The notes: generated from the letters alone by a model not told the origin. 64,000 nt of DNA from Candidatus Gastranaerophilales bacterium (GCA_944322875.1 CALUQI010000001.1:3467-67466), one strand, 5' to 3'; positions 48,735 to 58,991 are shown, counted from the first letter of the stretch. Translations and numbers: made by a program.

Positions 48735-50096
48735 ATGAAATATATTTGGTTGTATGTTGTAGCCGTTGTGGCATCTTTGGGTGGTTTATTATCAGGATTT
48801 GATACGGGAGTCATTTCTGGTGCTCTTTTGTATATAAATGAAACTTGGAATTTAAGTGATTATCTTCAGGGGATTTTGGTAAGTTCGGTTCTCATAGGAG
48901 CTGTAATAGGTGCAGCTACAAATGGCATTTTGGCAGATATTTTTGGGCGTAAGAAGATTATAATTGCTACCGCTATTATATTTATTTTAGGTTCAATTTT
49001 GTGCGGTTTGGCTCCGAATGTATATGTTTTGATTTTATCAAGAATTCTTGTTGGTCTTGCTGTAGGTATAGTTAATTTTGTTGTTCCGCTCTATTTATCA
49101 GAGGTTTCACCAAAACAACTCAGAGGAACTCTTGTTTCACTTTACCAATGGGCAATAACTGCGGGAATATTATTTTCTTATATAATAAATGCTGCATTTG
49201 CACAGGCTGTTTACAGTTGGCGTTGGATGCTTTTCGCCGGGATTGTTCCGGGAATGGTTTTGCTTATCGGAATGATGTTTTTAAGTGACACACCAAGATG
49301 GCTTGTTAGTAAAAACAGAGATGATGAAGCTAAAAAAGTTTTTACTAAAATTGAACCTGATATTGATGCTAACGAAGAAATAAAAAATATTAAAGCAACA
49401 TTGAAGCCTGATTGTGAGCATGCAGACGGTAAATTTAAATTTAAAAGATGGATGATTATGCCGTTTGTTGTTGGCATTGGTATAATGTTTGCTCAAATAT
49501 GTACCGGGATTAATACTATTATTTATTATGCTCCGACTATTTTTAAAATTGCCGGTTTTGATTCAAATTTAAACGCAATATATGCGACAACGGGTATTGG
49601 TGTTGTTAATTTTTTGATGACCATTATTGCAATTTTCTTTACTGATAAGTTAGGCAGAAAGCCTTTACTTTATTGCGGTTTGACGGGTGTTATGTTAAGT
49701 TTGTTGGCATTAGGTTGTGCTTTTCAATTTGAAGCAATGCTCGGAGCAAATCTGAAATGGGTTGCCGTTGGTAGTTTAGTTTCTTATATTGTTTGTTTTG
49801 CATTCAGTTTGGGACCTATAGGGTGGATTTTAGTTTCTGAAGTCTTCCCTCTTAAAATAAGAGGACTTGCCATGAGTATTTGTACCGTATCCAACTTTGC
49901 TTTTAATTTTTTTGTTGTCGGAAGTTTCCCGATTTTAATAAACAGACTCGGAGGCGCTGTTACTTTTTGGGGATTTGCTGCGGTATCATTGCTGTGTATA
50001 ATTTTCGTATTTTTCTTTGTGCCTGAAACTAAAGGGATTTCACTTGAGCAAATAGAGTCAAATTGGATTAATGAAGTTAATCCGAGAAAGTTCTAA
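48735..50096 (+). CDS. MFS sugar porter family transporter
   Basis: 453 aa, 12 TM helices. Motifs GRKK, PRWL, PETKG. Confidence 0.85.
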   Translation: MKYIWLYVVAVVASLGGLLSGFDTGVISGALLYINETWNLSDYLQGILVSSVLIGAVIGAATNGILADIFGRKKIIIATAIIFILGSILCGLAPNVYVLILSRILVGLAVGIVNFVVPLYLSEVSPKQLRGTLVSLYQWAITAGILFSYIINAAFAQAVYSWRWMLFAGIVPGMVLLIGMMFLSDTPRWLVSKNRDDEAKKVFTKIEPDIDANEEIKNIKATLKPDCEHADGKFKFKRWMIMPFVVGIGIMFAQICTGINTIIYYAPTIFKIAGFDSNLNAIYATTGIGVVNFLMTIIAIFFTDKLGRKPLLYCGLTGVMLSLLALGCAFQFEAMLGANLKWVAVGSLVSYIVCFAFSLGPIGWILVSEVFPLKIRGLAMSICTVSNFAFNFFVVGSFPILINRLGGAVTFWGFAAVSLLCIIFVFFFVPETKGISLEQIESNWINEVNPRKF

Positions 50097-50978
50097 TTAC
50101 TGAGCATTAATGATAAATCTTCTTAATTTTTTCAGGAATGATATTTTCCTGTTTGATTTTCGGGCTGAAACTATTGTGAAAGATTCTGGTTGCGTTGAAC
50201 GGTGATATTTAGTATCAGGAACACCAAAAAGCATTACGTATGATAATTTATGGGTTTCAGGAATCTCTAATTGTATACATAGTTCAGGCATAATTCTTAA
50301 TATACCGTAACCTAATCCGCACCAGCATGTTCCAACGCCCAGACTCTGTGCGTATAATTCAAAATAACTCAAAGCTATAATAGGATCAATATCTTTACAA
50401 GGAGCGTTTATTGGTGATGATAAAACCAACATGTGAGGTGCACCGCGAAATATTATATCATGACCCTTTAATATGGCTTTTTTGTACCGATCAAACTTCT
50501 TAAATGCTCTGTCTATAACAGGTTTAGATAAAATATCAATAAGTTTTTTATTTGTGTAATCTCTAAATTCATTCATTACTTCTATGTCATCAATAAATGA
50601 AAAATGTAGTCGATGATCGTTAACACCTGTCGGAATCCAGTTTAACATATTTTTTAATTTGTTCATTGTTTCAGGATCCAGGTTCTCTTTTTTATAATGT
50701 CTGTAACTTCTTCTTGTTTTTATTAAGTTTAATATTTCTTCAGGACGAAATTCTTTTACGGGTTCTGAGTTTTCGGGATTTTTATTAAAAATTGACAATG
50801 CACCAGTTGGGCATACTGCAAGACAGTGTTGACATTTTATACATCTGTTTTCGCCATCTTTTGAAACTTTTGGGATGTTGTTCTCATCAAATTCCAAAGC
50901 TCTTGCCATACAATCATTTATACACTGACCACAATGAATACATTTTGAATCATCAATTTTTAAATCTAATTTTGACAT
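50097..50978 (-). CDS. 2x[4Fe-4S] ferredoxin domain fused to a nitroreductase-family domain
   Basis: 293 aa. CIHCGQCINDC and CIKCQHCLAVCP motifs, then a nitroreductase-like RRSYRHY block. Confidence 0.75.
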   Translation of the reverse strand: MSKLDLKIDDSKCIHCGQCINDCMARALEFDENNIPKVSKDGENRCIKCQHCLAVCPTGALSIFNKNPENSEPVKEFRPEEILNLIKTRRSYRHYKKENLDPETMNKLKNMLNWIPTGVNDHRLHFSFIDDIEVMNEFRDYTNKKLIDILSKPVIDRAFKKFDRYKKAILKGHDIIFRGAPHMLVLSSPINAPCKDIDPIIALSYFELYAQSLGVGTCWCGLGYGILRIMPELCIQLEIPETHKLSYVMLFGVPDTKYHRSTQPESFTIVSARKSNRKISFLKKLRRFIINAQ

Positions 50979-51029
50979 ATAAAACTCCTTTTAGACCGAT
51001 TATAAAATTAATGTGATAAAATTGCAATA

Positions 51030-52571
51030 TTAACTTTCTCTGCGGCTTTTTATATTAACTTTCAATGCATACGCATATGGTATAAGAATAAATGCTAATA
51101 ATGCAAATAATTCAAAGACGTCAACAAATGCCATTAATCTGGATTGTTGAACCAGTTGTTTATAAAAGAAAGCATTTGCTTTGTTTTGTGCTGCAAAATG
51201 AGAGGATGATGCCATAAATGTGTGTACCATTGCAGAAAATTTTTGTTGAAAAATTAAATTAAAGTTTGATAAATGTCTTACCAAATACACTTGATGCATT
51301 TGAGAGTGTCTTGCTACCAGCGTCGAAGACATTGAAATTACAAAAGCCGTTGCTACACATTTACACAAGCTATGAAGACTGGCTCCGTTTGAAAGCTCTG
51401 ATTTAGGTAATGTCCCAAGTACAAGTGATGACACGGGTATAAATACAAGAATTACGCCTATACCCATAATTATGTTTGGTATTGATACGTACATGAATGA
51501 TACAGATAAATTAAGATTCATAAACATTAGGGTTGAAATTCCAAGAAAGAAAAATCCGGATGAAATAAGAAATCTATTATCAACAATATTCATAAGAGGT
51601 CCTATTATTAAAAGCATAATAACACAGGAAATTACCCTTGGTGCAAGTGAAAATCCGCTTATCATAGCAGTATAACCCATCATATTCTGTAAAAATTGTG
51701 GCAGAAGTAAAATAGTTACATATATGATAACATTTACTGACGAACCGAGAATTGTCCCTATAAAAAAGTTTTTATCCTTAAATATTCGTAAATTTATTAA
51801 TGCATATTTGCATTCAAGTTCCCAAACAATGAAAAATGCCATAGCACAAGCAGAAATTCCTGCCAACCAGGAAATCCAAGCACAGTCAAACCAATTATAT
51901 TGTTGTCCCTTGTCCAGTACAACTTGCATGGTTAAAAGCCATATAACAAGTGATATCATGCCTGGGAAGTCAATTTTTTCTATTTTTTTTCGGAATTGTA
52001 ACTCAGGGATATTACAATGTACTAATATTACAGAAATTATTCCGATTGGTATGTTTATATAATAAATCCACTGCCAGGCAGAATTGTCAACAATAAATCC
52101 CCCAAAAGAAGGCCCTAAAATCGAAAATACCATAACTGACAATCCAAAAAGTGACATTGCAAACCCACGTTTTTCAAATGGAAAACTTTCAAGTAAGATT
52201 GCTTGTGACATTGGCATCATGGGTCCCCCGCCTATTCCTTGTATCAAACGGCCTAAAACAAGACAATTAAGATTTGGGGCTATAGCACATATAAGTGAGC
52301 CGACTGTGAATATTGATATAAAAACTTTGAGAAAGTTTTTTCTTCCCATCAGATTTTCAAGCCATCCGGTCATCAATATTAAACAAGCATTTGCTATCAT
52401 ATATGATGTTATAACCCAATTTGCTTCATCAACTGTTGATCCGAAATATCCGGCAATATGAGGTATAGCTACATTGGTAGCGGATGTCGCCAGCATCGCA
52501 AAAGATGTCGGTAACAATATTGATATTGCTATAAGCCATACAGGTGATTTTTTCTTCGTTGTTTCGGCCAT
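51030..52571 (-). CDS. MFS drug efflux transporter, DHA2 (EmrB/QacA) family
   Basis: 513 aa, about 14 TM helices. GRLIQGIGGG motif. TAATG overlap with the upstream HlyD gene. Confidence 0.85.
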   Translation of the reverse strand: MAETTKKKSPVWLIAISILLPTSFAMLATSATNVAIPHIAGYFGSTVDEANWVITSYMIANACLILMTGWLENLMGRKNFLKVFISIFTVGSLICAIAPNLNCLVLGRLIQGIGGGPMMPMSQAILLESFPFEKRGFAMSLFGLSVMVFSILGPSFGGFIVDNSAWQWIYYINIPIGIISVILVHCNIPELQFRKKIEKIDFPGMISLVIWLLTMQVVLDKGQQYNWFDCAWISWLAGISACAMAFFIVWELECKYALINLRIFKDKNFFIGTILGSSVNVIIYVTILLLPQFLQNMMGYTAMISGFSLAPRVISCVIMLLIIGPLMNIVDNRFLISSGFFFLGISTLMFMNLNLSVSFMYVSIPNIIMGIGVILVFIPVSSLVLGTLPKSELSNGASLHSLCKCVATAFVISMSSTLVARHSQMHQVYLVRHLSNFNLIFQQKFSAMVHTFMASSSHFAAQNKANAFFYKQLVQQSRLMAFVDVFELFALLAFILIPYAYALKVNIKSRRES

Positions 52572-53560
52572 TATTTAACCTTTACTTCCGGAACTACCGA
52601 CATCCCAGGGACTATATTATAATTAGAGATGTCTTCAGTGAATATAATCTTTACCGGAACACGTTGAACTATTTTTACATAACTTCCTACAGCATTTTCC
52701 GGCGGGAAAAGACTTGCTTTTGCTCCCGTTGCTCTTTGAATGCTGTCAACTTGACCTTTGAATTTCTTTCCTCGGAATGTGTCAATTTTAATTTCAACAG
52801 GTTGACCTGGTTTCATGTTTGCAAGTTGTGTTTCTTTGAAATTAGCAACAATCCACATCTTTTCCGGAACTATTGCAAACATAGGCTGAGCTATTTGAAC
52901 ATAGTTACCTTGTTCGACTGAACGATTTGTTATTAATCCGTCTTGCGGTGCATATATTTTCGTATATGAAAGATTAAGTTCATCTTGTTCTACTTCGGCT
53001 TCAAGTCTTTTTATTGCTGCAGTTGTCTCATCGTATTTTGCTTTCGCTGATTTGCTATTTGATTCTGCTGCTGTAAGTTTGTTTAAACTTGAATCATATT
53101 CCTGCTTTGATGCTATACCTTTTGAATGCATTTTTGAATATCTGTCATAATCAGCTTGCGCAAATTCAAGATCTGAAAGGGTCTTTTTGACTTGATTTTC
53201 TGTGTTTATTAAAGAAGCTTTTGCCTCTTCAAGTTTTGCTTTTGCTTGGGCTAGTTTTACTTCATAATCCTTTGGGTCAATCTCTAAAAGTAAGTCGCCT
53301 TTCTTAACCGGTTGGTTGTCATCTATTAGTAATTCTAAAACAGGACCTTCAACTCGTGGAGCTATCGTTACTATATGACCTTCCACAAATGCATCATCTG
53401 TTGATTGATAAAAAATTGAATGTATTGTGAAATATATTCCGAATATTAAAAATATTATTGCGGTTATTGTCGGAATGATTACCCTCTTTTTCATGTATTC
53501 AGGTCGGGTATCTGTTTGTAATTCTTCTGCATTTGTTCCGTGATGGTCAATATTTTCCAT
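52571..53560 (-). CDS. HlyD/EmrA-family membrane fusion (periplasmic adaptor) protein
   Basis: 329 aa. N-terminal TM anchor, STDDAFVEGHIV, coiled-coil hairpin, barrel-sandwich motifs. Confidence 0.85.
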   Translation of the reverse strand: MENIDHHGTNAEELQTDTRPEYMKKRVIIPTITAIIFLIFGIYFTIHSIFYQSTDDAFVEGHIVTIAPRVEGPVLELLIDDNQPVKKGDLLLEIDPKDYEVKLAQAKAKLEEAKASLINTENQVKKTLSDLEFAQADYDRYSKMHSKGIASKQEYDSSLNKLTAAESNSKSAKAKYDETTAAIKRLEAEVEQDELNLSYTKIYAPQDGLITNRSVEQGNYVQIAQPMFAIVPEKMWIVANFKETQLANMKPGQPVEIKIDTFRGKKFKGQVDSIQRATGAKASLFPPENAVGSYVKIVQRVPVKIIFTEDISNYNIVPGMSVVPEVKVK

Positions 53561-53575
53561 TTTATTATTTCTCCT

Positions 53576-54031
53576 TTATATTTGTAATTTGACTTTATCT
53601 TTTATATTCTCAAGCATTTTTTCTAAAATTAAAATACAATCTTCCAGCTCTTTTTTTGAAATCCCTTTTGTTATTGACTTTCGTATGTCTACTATCACAG
53701 GATGTATTGTTTCTCTTAGGTTACGACCTTTATCCGTTACAATAATTTTATTTATTTGACGTCCGTTTGAATCGTTTATCCTTTTTACTAATCCTTTGTC
53801 TTCAAGTATGTTAATTATTCGGCTTACATTCGGTCTGTCTTTGTATGTTAATTCTGAAATCTGTCGCTGATAAAGTTCCCCGTGTTCTACTAATATTGAT
53901 AATATTAAATATTGTTCCGGAGTTATTTCATATCCGTATTCTGTGAAAGTTTGCAAAGTCAGACCCCGAGACAATACTCCCGTTGCTACTAACATCGCTC
54001 CAACTCGTTTTCTTAAGGGGTTATTTTTCAT
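53576..54031 (-). CDS. MarR-family transcriptional regulator
   Basis: 151 aa. Winged HTH (QRQISELTYKDRPNVSRIINILEDKGLVKR). Confidence 0.85.
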   Translation of the reverse strand: MKNNPLRKRVGAMLVATGVLSRGLTLQTFTEYGYEITPEQYLILSILVEHGELYQRQISELTYKDRPNVSRIINILEDKGLVKRINDSNGRQINKIIVTDKGRNLRETIHPVIVDIRKSITKGISKKELEDCILILEKMLENIKDKVKLQI

Positions 54032-54064
54032 GTTTTACTTTTTTCTTTTTTGTATTACAATTAT

Positions 54065-54088
54065 CTTGTGTTATAATTATAACACAAG
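54065..54088. promoter_or_regulatory. Perfect 24-bp palindrome, likely MarR operator overlapping divergent -10 boxes
   Basis: CTTGTGTTATAA|TTATAACACAAG. TATAAT occurs on the + strand (54072..54077) and on the - strand (54081..54076) inside it. Lies between marR and the TolC-like gene. Confidence 0.6.
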
Positions 54089-54109
54089 AAAAAATATTGG
54101 AAGAAAGTT

Positions 54110-55501
54110 ATGAAGAAATTTTTAATTATACTGTTAACCCCAACAATTATTGTGATGCCGGCTTATGCTAAACAATCACAAAAAAATGCTGAACATGAAA
54201 ATAATAAAGTTCATTATTTAAATTTATCATGGTGGGAAAAATATCAAGACCCTATTTTGTCTGGTTATATTAAAGACCTTTATGAGGTTAATTATGATTT
54301 AAAAAATGCTGACTTGAAGGTAAAAGAAAATGAAAAAATGGTAAAAATCCAGTTTGCCAATGAACTTCCTATGTTGACTTTTGACGGTGCATTGGGCAGA
54401 CAATTCAGATCTTCTAATCAACAATTCGGGTCTTTAATAATCCCGAGTTTTGCTCAATATAATTATCAATTACCTTTGACTATGAGTTATGAAATTGATA
54501 TTTGGGGCGAAAATAGACTGAAAACAAAGAGCGTAGAACAACAACTGGAAATTTCCAAACAAGCAGAAAGAGCTACTTATATTGTATTAACATCTGATTT
54601 TGCTGCGGATTATTTTAATTTGGTTAAAACGGATAAGTTCTTGCAAATCCAAGATTCCCTGATAAATATCCAGAAGGAAATAGTTAATAAAGTTATACAA
54701 AAATATGATGCCGGTTTATGCACGGTTAATGAAGTTTTATACGAACAAAAATTTTTAACGGTATTGGAAGAAGAAAAAAATAACCTTGAGGCGAAGCAGG
54801 ATATTTTAATAAACGGGTTGAAAGTATACCTTGCGATGAAAGAAGATTGTCCTAACAGAACTCATTATGAAAACCTTAATATTTTAAAGGATATACCTTT
54901 GCAGTATGATACTTCAGTTATTGAACATAGACCTGATTATATACAGCAAGAGGCTAATATTAAGCGGATAGGTTTTGATGTAAGAATTGCAAGAAAAGAA
55001 TTTTTACCTAAATTTGTTATATTTGGGCAAATAGGTTTGAATGCTTATCATTTAAATACTCTGTTTAACAGTTATTCTCAATTATTCAATGCAGGAATAT
55101 TACCTTCTTTTGATTTATTCTCAGGCGGTCGTAAAATGGCAATGCTTAAACTTAGAAAATATCAATATGAAGAAGCTTTAAATAATTACCAAAAGACTAT
55201 TCTTGAATCAATAAAAGAGATAAATAACGGACTTTCAGATTATAAAATTGCACTGAAAAATTATGAACAAAGTTCTGAGCGATTAAAAATGCAAAGTGAA
55301 GTATATCAACTTATGAAAGATAAAAATGATATAGGTGCCGCATCTGAAATTGATGTTTTGTATAGCAAACAAGCACATTTGCTAATTGAAAAGGAGCAAG
55401 TCTCCAATAAGATAAATTGCCTTATATCGACAATTTCGTTATATAAATCTGTAGGCGGTATAGATCTTTATTCTATAGGTTCATCAAGTCAAAATATTTA
55501 A
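54110..55501 (+). CDS. TolC-family outer membrane efflux protein
   Basis: 463 aa. Signal peptide ending AYA. Duplicated OEP repeat architecture with long coiled helices. Confidence 0.8.
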   Translation: MKKFLIILLTPTIIVMPAYAKQSQKNAEHENNKVHYLNLSWWEKYQDPILSGYIKDLYEVNYDLKNADLKVKENEKMVKIQFANELPMLTFDGALGRQFRSSNQQFGSLIIPSFAQYNYQLPLTMSYEIDIWGENRLKTKSVEQQLEISKQAERATYIVLTSDFAADYFNLVKTDKFLQIQDSLINIQKEIVNKVIQKYDAGLCTVNEVLYEQKFLTVLEEEKNNLEAKQDILINGLKVYLAMKEDCPNRTHYENLNILKDIPLQYDTSVIEHRPDYIQQEANIKRIGFDVRIARKEFLPKFVIFGQIGLNAYHLNTLFNSYSQLFNAGILPSFDLFSGGRKMAMLKLRKYQYEEALNNYQKTILESIKEINNGLSDYKIALKNYEQSSERLKMQSEVYQLMKDKNDIGAASEIDVLYSKQAHLLIEKEQVSNKINCLISTISLYKSVGGIDLYSIGSSSQNI

Positions 55502-55803
55502 TTCAGATTTTCCATCAATTTGGTGAGAAGTGCTGATTTGTCGTGATATCCGGATATTGTTGAAATAATTTTCCCGTCCTTAAATAAAACAAATGAAGGA
55601 AAACCTGTAATATTAAATTTATTTACAATTTCGGGATTTTTATCTGCGTCAATTGTTCCTATCCAGATATTATTTTTCGATAGTTCTTCAACAATAATTT
55701 TTTGTTGTTTACAGTAACCGCACCAGTTTGCGTAAAATTCTACAAGTTTCAGTCCTGATTTAACATTTTCGTCGAAATTTTTTTTGTTTAATTCTTTGAG
55801 CAT
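55498..55803 (-). CDS. trxA: Thioredoxin
   Basis: 101 aa. Active site WCGYCK. Thioredoxin fold length. Confidence 0.9.
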   Translation of the reverse strand: MLKELNKKNFDENVKSGLKLVEFYANWCGYCKQQKIIVEELSKNNIWIGTIDADKNPEIVNKFNITGFPSFVLFKDGKIISTISGYHDKSALLTKLMENLN

Positions 55804-55906
55804 ATTTTTTCCTTTTTTTAATAATAAAATTTTTATAGGATTATTTTATCCGTCGATATATTTAATTATTATGTGCTATTATGTTAGTAAGAAAGGAGAA
55901 TGTAAT

Positions 55907-56107
55907 ATGTATAGTGTTTATACCGAAAAAAATCATTCAAGTCTCACAAAAACTTTAATTGGTGAATTCAAGGATTACGATGAAGCAATGGATTGTGCAG
56001 AGGCTGCAGTTGAAGGCAAACCGGAATTAAGATATATAGTTGAAGAAACTGATGGGCATTTTAACAGTTACGGAGAATTAGTCACAACTATTGTTGCAGA
56101 AAGTTAG
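55907..56107 (+). CDS. Small acidic hypothetical protein
   Basis: 66 aa from ATG 55907 (AAGGAG 7 nt upstream). The track ORF 55784.. begins at an implausible upstream start inside the trx gene. Confidence 0.4.
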   Translation: MYSVYTEKNHSSLTKTLIGEFKDYDEAMDCAEAAVEGKPELRYIVEETDGHFNSYGELVTTIVAES

Positions 56108-56120
56108 TGGTAAATGCTAT

Positions 56121-56816
56121 ATGAAAGGTTTTTTATGTATCTTTTTTATAATGATTTCTATAGTTGGTAAAGTTTTTGCCATGGATGATAATGTCATTGT
56201 AAGAGAGCAAACTATTCAAAGCAAAATAAACGATGTTGGATTTAGGATTCTTAATGCCAATAAAATAGATAAAAGAATTATTTTTGTATATGACAAAAAC
56301 GCAGAAAAATCACTTTTAAATTCGACAGATGAAGTTACGAAACGCCAAATTGTATTATACGAATCTGATATAAAATTTATTTCAAATGAAGATGAACTAG
56401 CAGGATTTCTGGCAAGAGGAATATCTATGGCATTAAAATCCTATGGCGGATTTTGGAATGGAGGATTAAGTGCTGTCCAAGTTAAGGCTGCACCTAAAAT
56501 CTATGAAATAGTTGCAGATAAAAGAGCCGTCGATTTTATGGTAAATGCAGGATATGATCCTATAGGTTTGATTACATATATCAACAAAGCCTTTCCTCAA
56601 AGACGTTTTGACAGATTTTCAAATACAAATTTGACATCAAAAAGACTGGCAATTATATATGAATATATTTACACCAAGTATCCTTATTATTTAGCGAATA
56701 ATAAATATTTGGAAACTGAAAGTTACCAAAATTTTTTACTAAATTCAATGTCCAACAGGAAACTTTTAGAGGATAAGATTAAGAACAAATCAACCAAGGA
56801 ATTAGACTATGAATAA
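56121..56816 (+). CDS. Secreted M48-peptidase homologue lacking the HExxH zinc motif
   Basis: Signal peptide MKGFLCIFFIMISIVGKVFA. NEDELAGFLARGISMAL aligns with the M48 block sEdELAaVLaHEigH, and ADKRAVDFMVNAGYDPIGLITYINK aligns with the M48 block E.eADr.g...l..AGYdP.g....f.k. Confidence 0.55.
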   Translation: MKGFLCIFFIMISIVGKVFAMDDNVIVREQTIQSKINDVGFRILNANKIDKRIIFVYDKNAEKSLLNSTDEVTKRQIVLYESDIKFISNEDELAGFLARGISMALKSYGGFWNGGLSAVQVKAAPKIYEIVADKRAVDFMVNAGYDPIGLITYINKAFPQRRFDRFSNTNLTSKRLAIIYEYIYTKYPYYLANNKYLETESYQNFLLNSMSNRKLLEDKIKNKSTKELDYE

Positions 56817-57405
56817 GTTTATTTTAATAATATTTTTGTTCTTGATTACTCAATTGTCAGGTTTATCTCAGGTGTATACAGATGATTTGGTTGAATCAAC
56901 TTTAAGAGATTGTGAATTAACCAAACCGGAAGCTTTTAAGAAATATGATTATACAAGTACTTCAAGGTTAACGATAAAGTTATCATCGTTAAAAGAAATA
57001 ATTTCAGAGACAAAGATATATGAAGGCATGCCATTAGAATTTCGAGTAGAGTTTGGTGTATATCATAATGGTACATTGATTATTCCTAAAGGCACAATTG
57101 TATCAGCCAGGGTAGAGACTATTATTAAAAGCGGAATGAACGGAATCCCTGCAAGTATTATAATAGGGGGATTCAAGTTTGATAATGTAGACCGGATTAA
57201 AACAGACTCATTTTATGAAATAATCGGTGAAGATAGAAGTTTATTTGTATTTCCGCTAAAATGGGCGTTAACGATACTTCCTCCAACCGGATCTTTAACT
57301 AATTTTATAAAGGGAGGGCATGCTAAAATGAAGGAAAATCAGATTATAGAGATTTTTTATTATCCGGATATTATCAAAGAAGAACAAGATATGGATGCAA
57401 TATAG
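56809..57405 (+). CDS. Secreted hypothetical protein
   Basis: 198 aa. Signal peptide MNKFILIIFLFLITQLSGLSQ. 8-nt overlap with the preceding gene. Confidence 0.5.
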   Translation: MNKFILIIFLFLITQLSGLSQVYTDDLVESTLRDCELTKPEAFKKYDYTSTSRLTIKLSSLKEIISETKIYEGMPLEFRVEFGVYHNGTLIIPKGTIVSARVETIIKSGMNGIPASIIIGGFKFDNVDRIKTDSFYEIIGEDRSLFVFPLKWALTILPPTGSLTNFIKGGHAKMKENQIIEIFYYPDIIKEEQDMDAI

Positions 57406-57479
57406 TTTTAATGTAACAGATTAACTAAAAATTTTACAAAACAAGTATTTTTATAATAGAATAGCAACAGGGATAATAA

Positions 57480-58127
57480 ATGAAAGAAATAATATCTGCA
57501 AAAGAAGCTGTTAATATGATAAAAGACGGATCTTCAGTAATGATCGGAGGATTTTTGAGCTGTGGTACTCCGGATAAACTTATTGATGAAATAATCAATC
57601 AAAATGTATCTAATTTAACGGTTATATGTAACGATACTTCTGTGCCCGGAAAAGACAGAGGGAAGCTAATTGAAAACAGGCTTGTAAAAAAAGTTATCGC
57701 CTCCCATATAGGTACCAATCCGGAGACCGGCAGACAGATGCATAATGGCGAATTAGAAGTAGAGCTTGTTCCAATGGGTACCCTAATTGAAAAAATAAGG
57801 GCAAAAGGCGCCGGACTTGGTGGTTTTTTAACTCCAACCGGAGTTGGAACTATAGTCGAGGAAGGTAAGAAGACAGTTGAGGTAGATGGTAAAAAATACA
57901 TTTTTGAAAAACCTATAGGTGCTGATTTTGCATTAATTTATGGTACTAAAGTTGATAAATATGGTAATGTAGCTTTTCATGGTACTACCAGAAATCATAA
58001 TACAATCATGGCTACCGCTGCTGATACTGTAATAGTTCAGGCAGATGAAATGGTTGATTGTCTGGATCCGAACGATGTTGTAATACCGGGATTATTTATT
58101 GATTACGTTGTCTGTGAGGAGGGATAA
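57480..58127 (+). CDS. 3-oxoacid / acetate CoA-transferase subunit A
   Basis: 215 aa. Family I CoA-transferase alpha-subunit pattern (IGGFLSCGTP, LVPMGTL, GLGGFLTPTGVGT). Confidence 0.9.
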   Translation: MKEIISAKEAVNMIKDGSSVMIGGFLSCGTPDKLIDEIINQNVSNLTVICNDTSVPGKDRGKLIENRLVKKVIASHIGTNPETGRQMHNGELEVELVPMGTLIEKIRAKGAGLGGFLTPTGVGTIVEEGKKTVEVDGKKYIFEKPIGADFALIYGTKVDKYGNVAFHGTTRNHNTIMATAADTVIVQADEMVDCLDPNDVVIPGLFIDYVVCEEG

Positions 58128-58808
58128 ATGGTTACGGCTATGGAAGAATTGAGTAAAGATAGAATACGTGAAATTGTAGCAAAAAGAGCCGCCAAGGAAT
58201 TTAAAGACGGCGATGTTGTCACTTTGGGAATAGGTCTTCCTACTGCTGTTGCAGATTATGTTCCGGACAGTATTAATGTGACTTTTCAATCTGAAAACGG
58301 ACTTTTGGGTGTTGGTAAAAGTCAAAAAGGAGAAAATATAGACGAAAAGATAATAAATGCCGGCGGTGGTTTTGTAGAAGCTAAAATAGGTTCAAGTTTT
58401 TATGATTCACAAATGGCGTTTACCATGATGCGAGGCGGACATATCGATGCTACTGTACTTGGTGCATTGCAAGTTGATCAAGAGGGTAGCTTAGCAAGCT
58501 GGCTCATTCCAGGGAAATTTGTTCCTGGTATGGGCGGATCAATGGATTTGGTCGTGGGAGCTAAAAAAGTTATTGTTGCAATGGAACATACTTCCAAAGG
58601 CCAAATTAAAATTGTTAAAAAGTGTGATTTGCCGCTTACCGCTTTCAAAGAAGTTAATTTAATTATTACTGAACGTTGTGTATTTGAAGTCAGACCGGAG
58701 GGTTTGTGTTTGATTGAAATAAATCCGATGTTTAGTATTGACGATATAAAATCGTCTGTATCTGCAGATTTTACAGTGAGTGATAATTTAAAATTTATGG
58801 AAGTGTAG
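58128..58808 (+). CDS. 3-oxoacid / acetate CoA-transferase subunit B
   Basis: 226 aa. SENG motif with the catalytic Glu (FQSENGLLG). GMGGSMDLV. Confidence 0.9.
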   Translation: MVTAMEELSKDRIREIVAKRAAKEFKDGDVVTLGIGLPTAVADYVPDSINVTFQSENGLLGVGKSQKGENIDEKIINAGGGFVEAKIGSSFYDSQMAFTMMRGGHIDATVLGALQVDQEGSLASWLIPGKFVPGMGGSMDLVVGAKKVIVAMEHTSKGQIKIVKKCDLPLTAFKEVNLIITERCVFEVRPEGLCLIEINPMFSIDDIKSSVSADFTVSDNLKFMEV

Positions 58809-58852
58809 TTTAAATTTAGGGCTAAAATCTTTATTAATCCGGACAGAAAAAT

Positions 58853-58925
58853 TGGAGCGTAGGGGATTCGAACCCCTGACCCCGACACTGCCAGTGTCGT
58901 GCGCTACCAACTGCGCTAACGCCCC
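58853..58925 (-). tRNA. tRNA-Ala (anticodon GGC); CCA not encoded
   Basis: The reverse complement folds by hand into a cloverleaf: GGGGCGT-TA-GCGC-AGTTGGTA-GCGC-A-CGACA-CTGGCAG-TGTCG-GGGTC-AGGGG-TTCGAAT-CCCCT-ACGCTCC-A. The G3:U70 alanine identity pair is present. Confidence 0.9.
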
Positions 58926-58991
58926 TTGAATTTTATTTTACCATAAAAAATAGTTTTTTATGGTATTTCGTGTATTTAGTAAAATAATATT

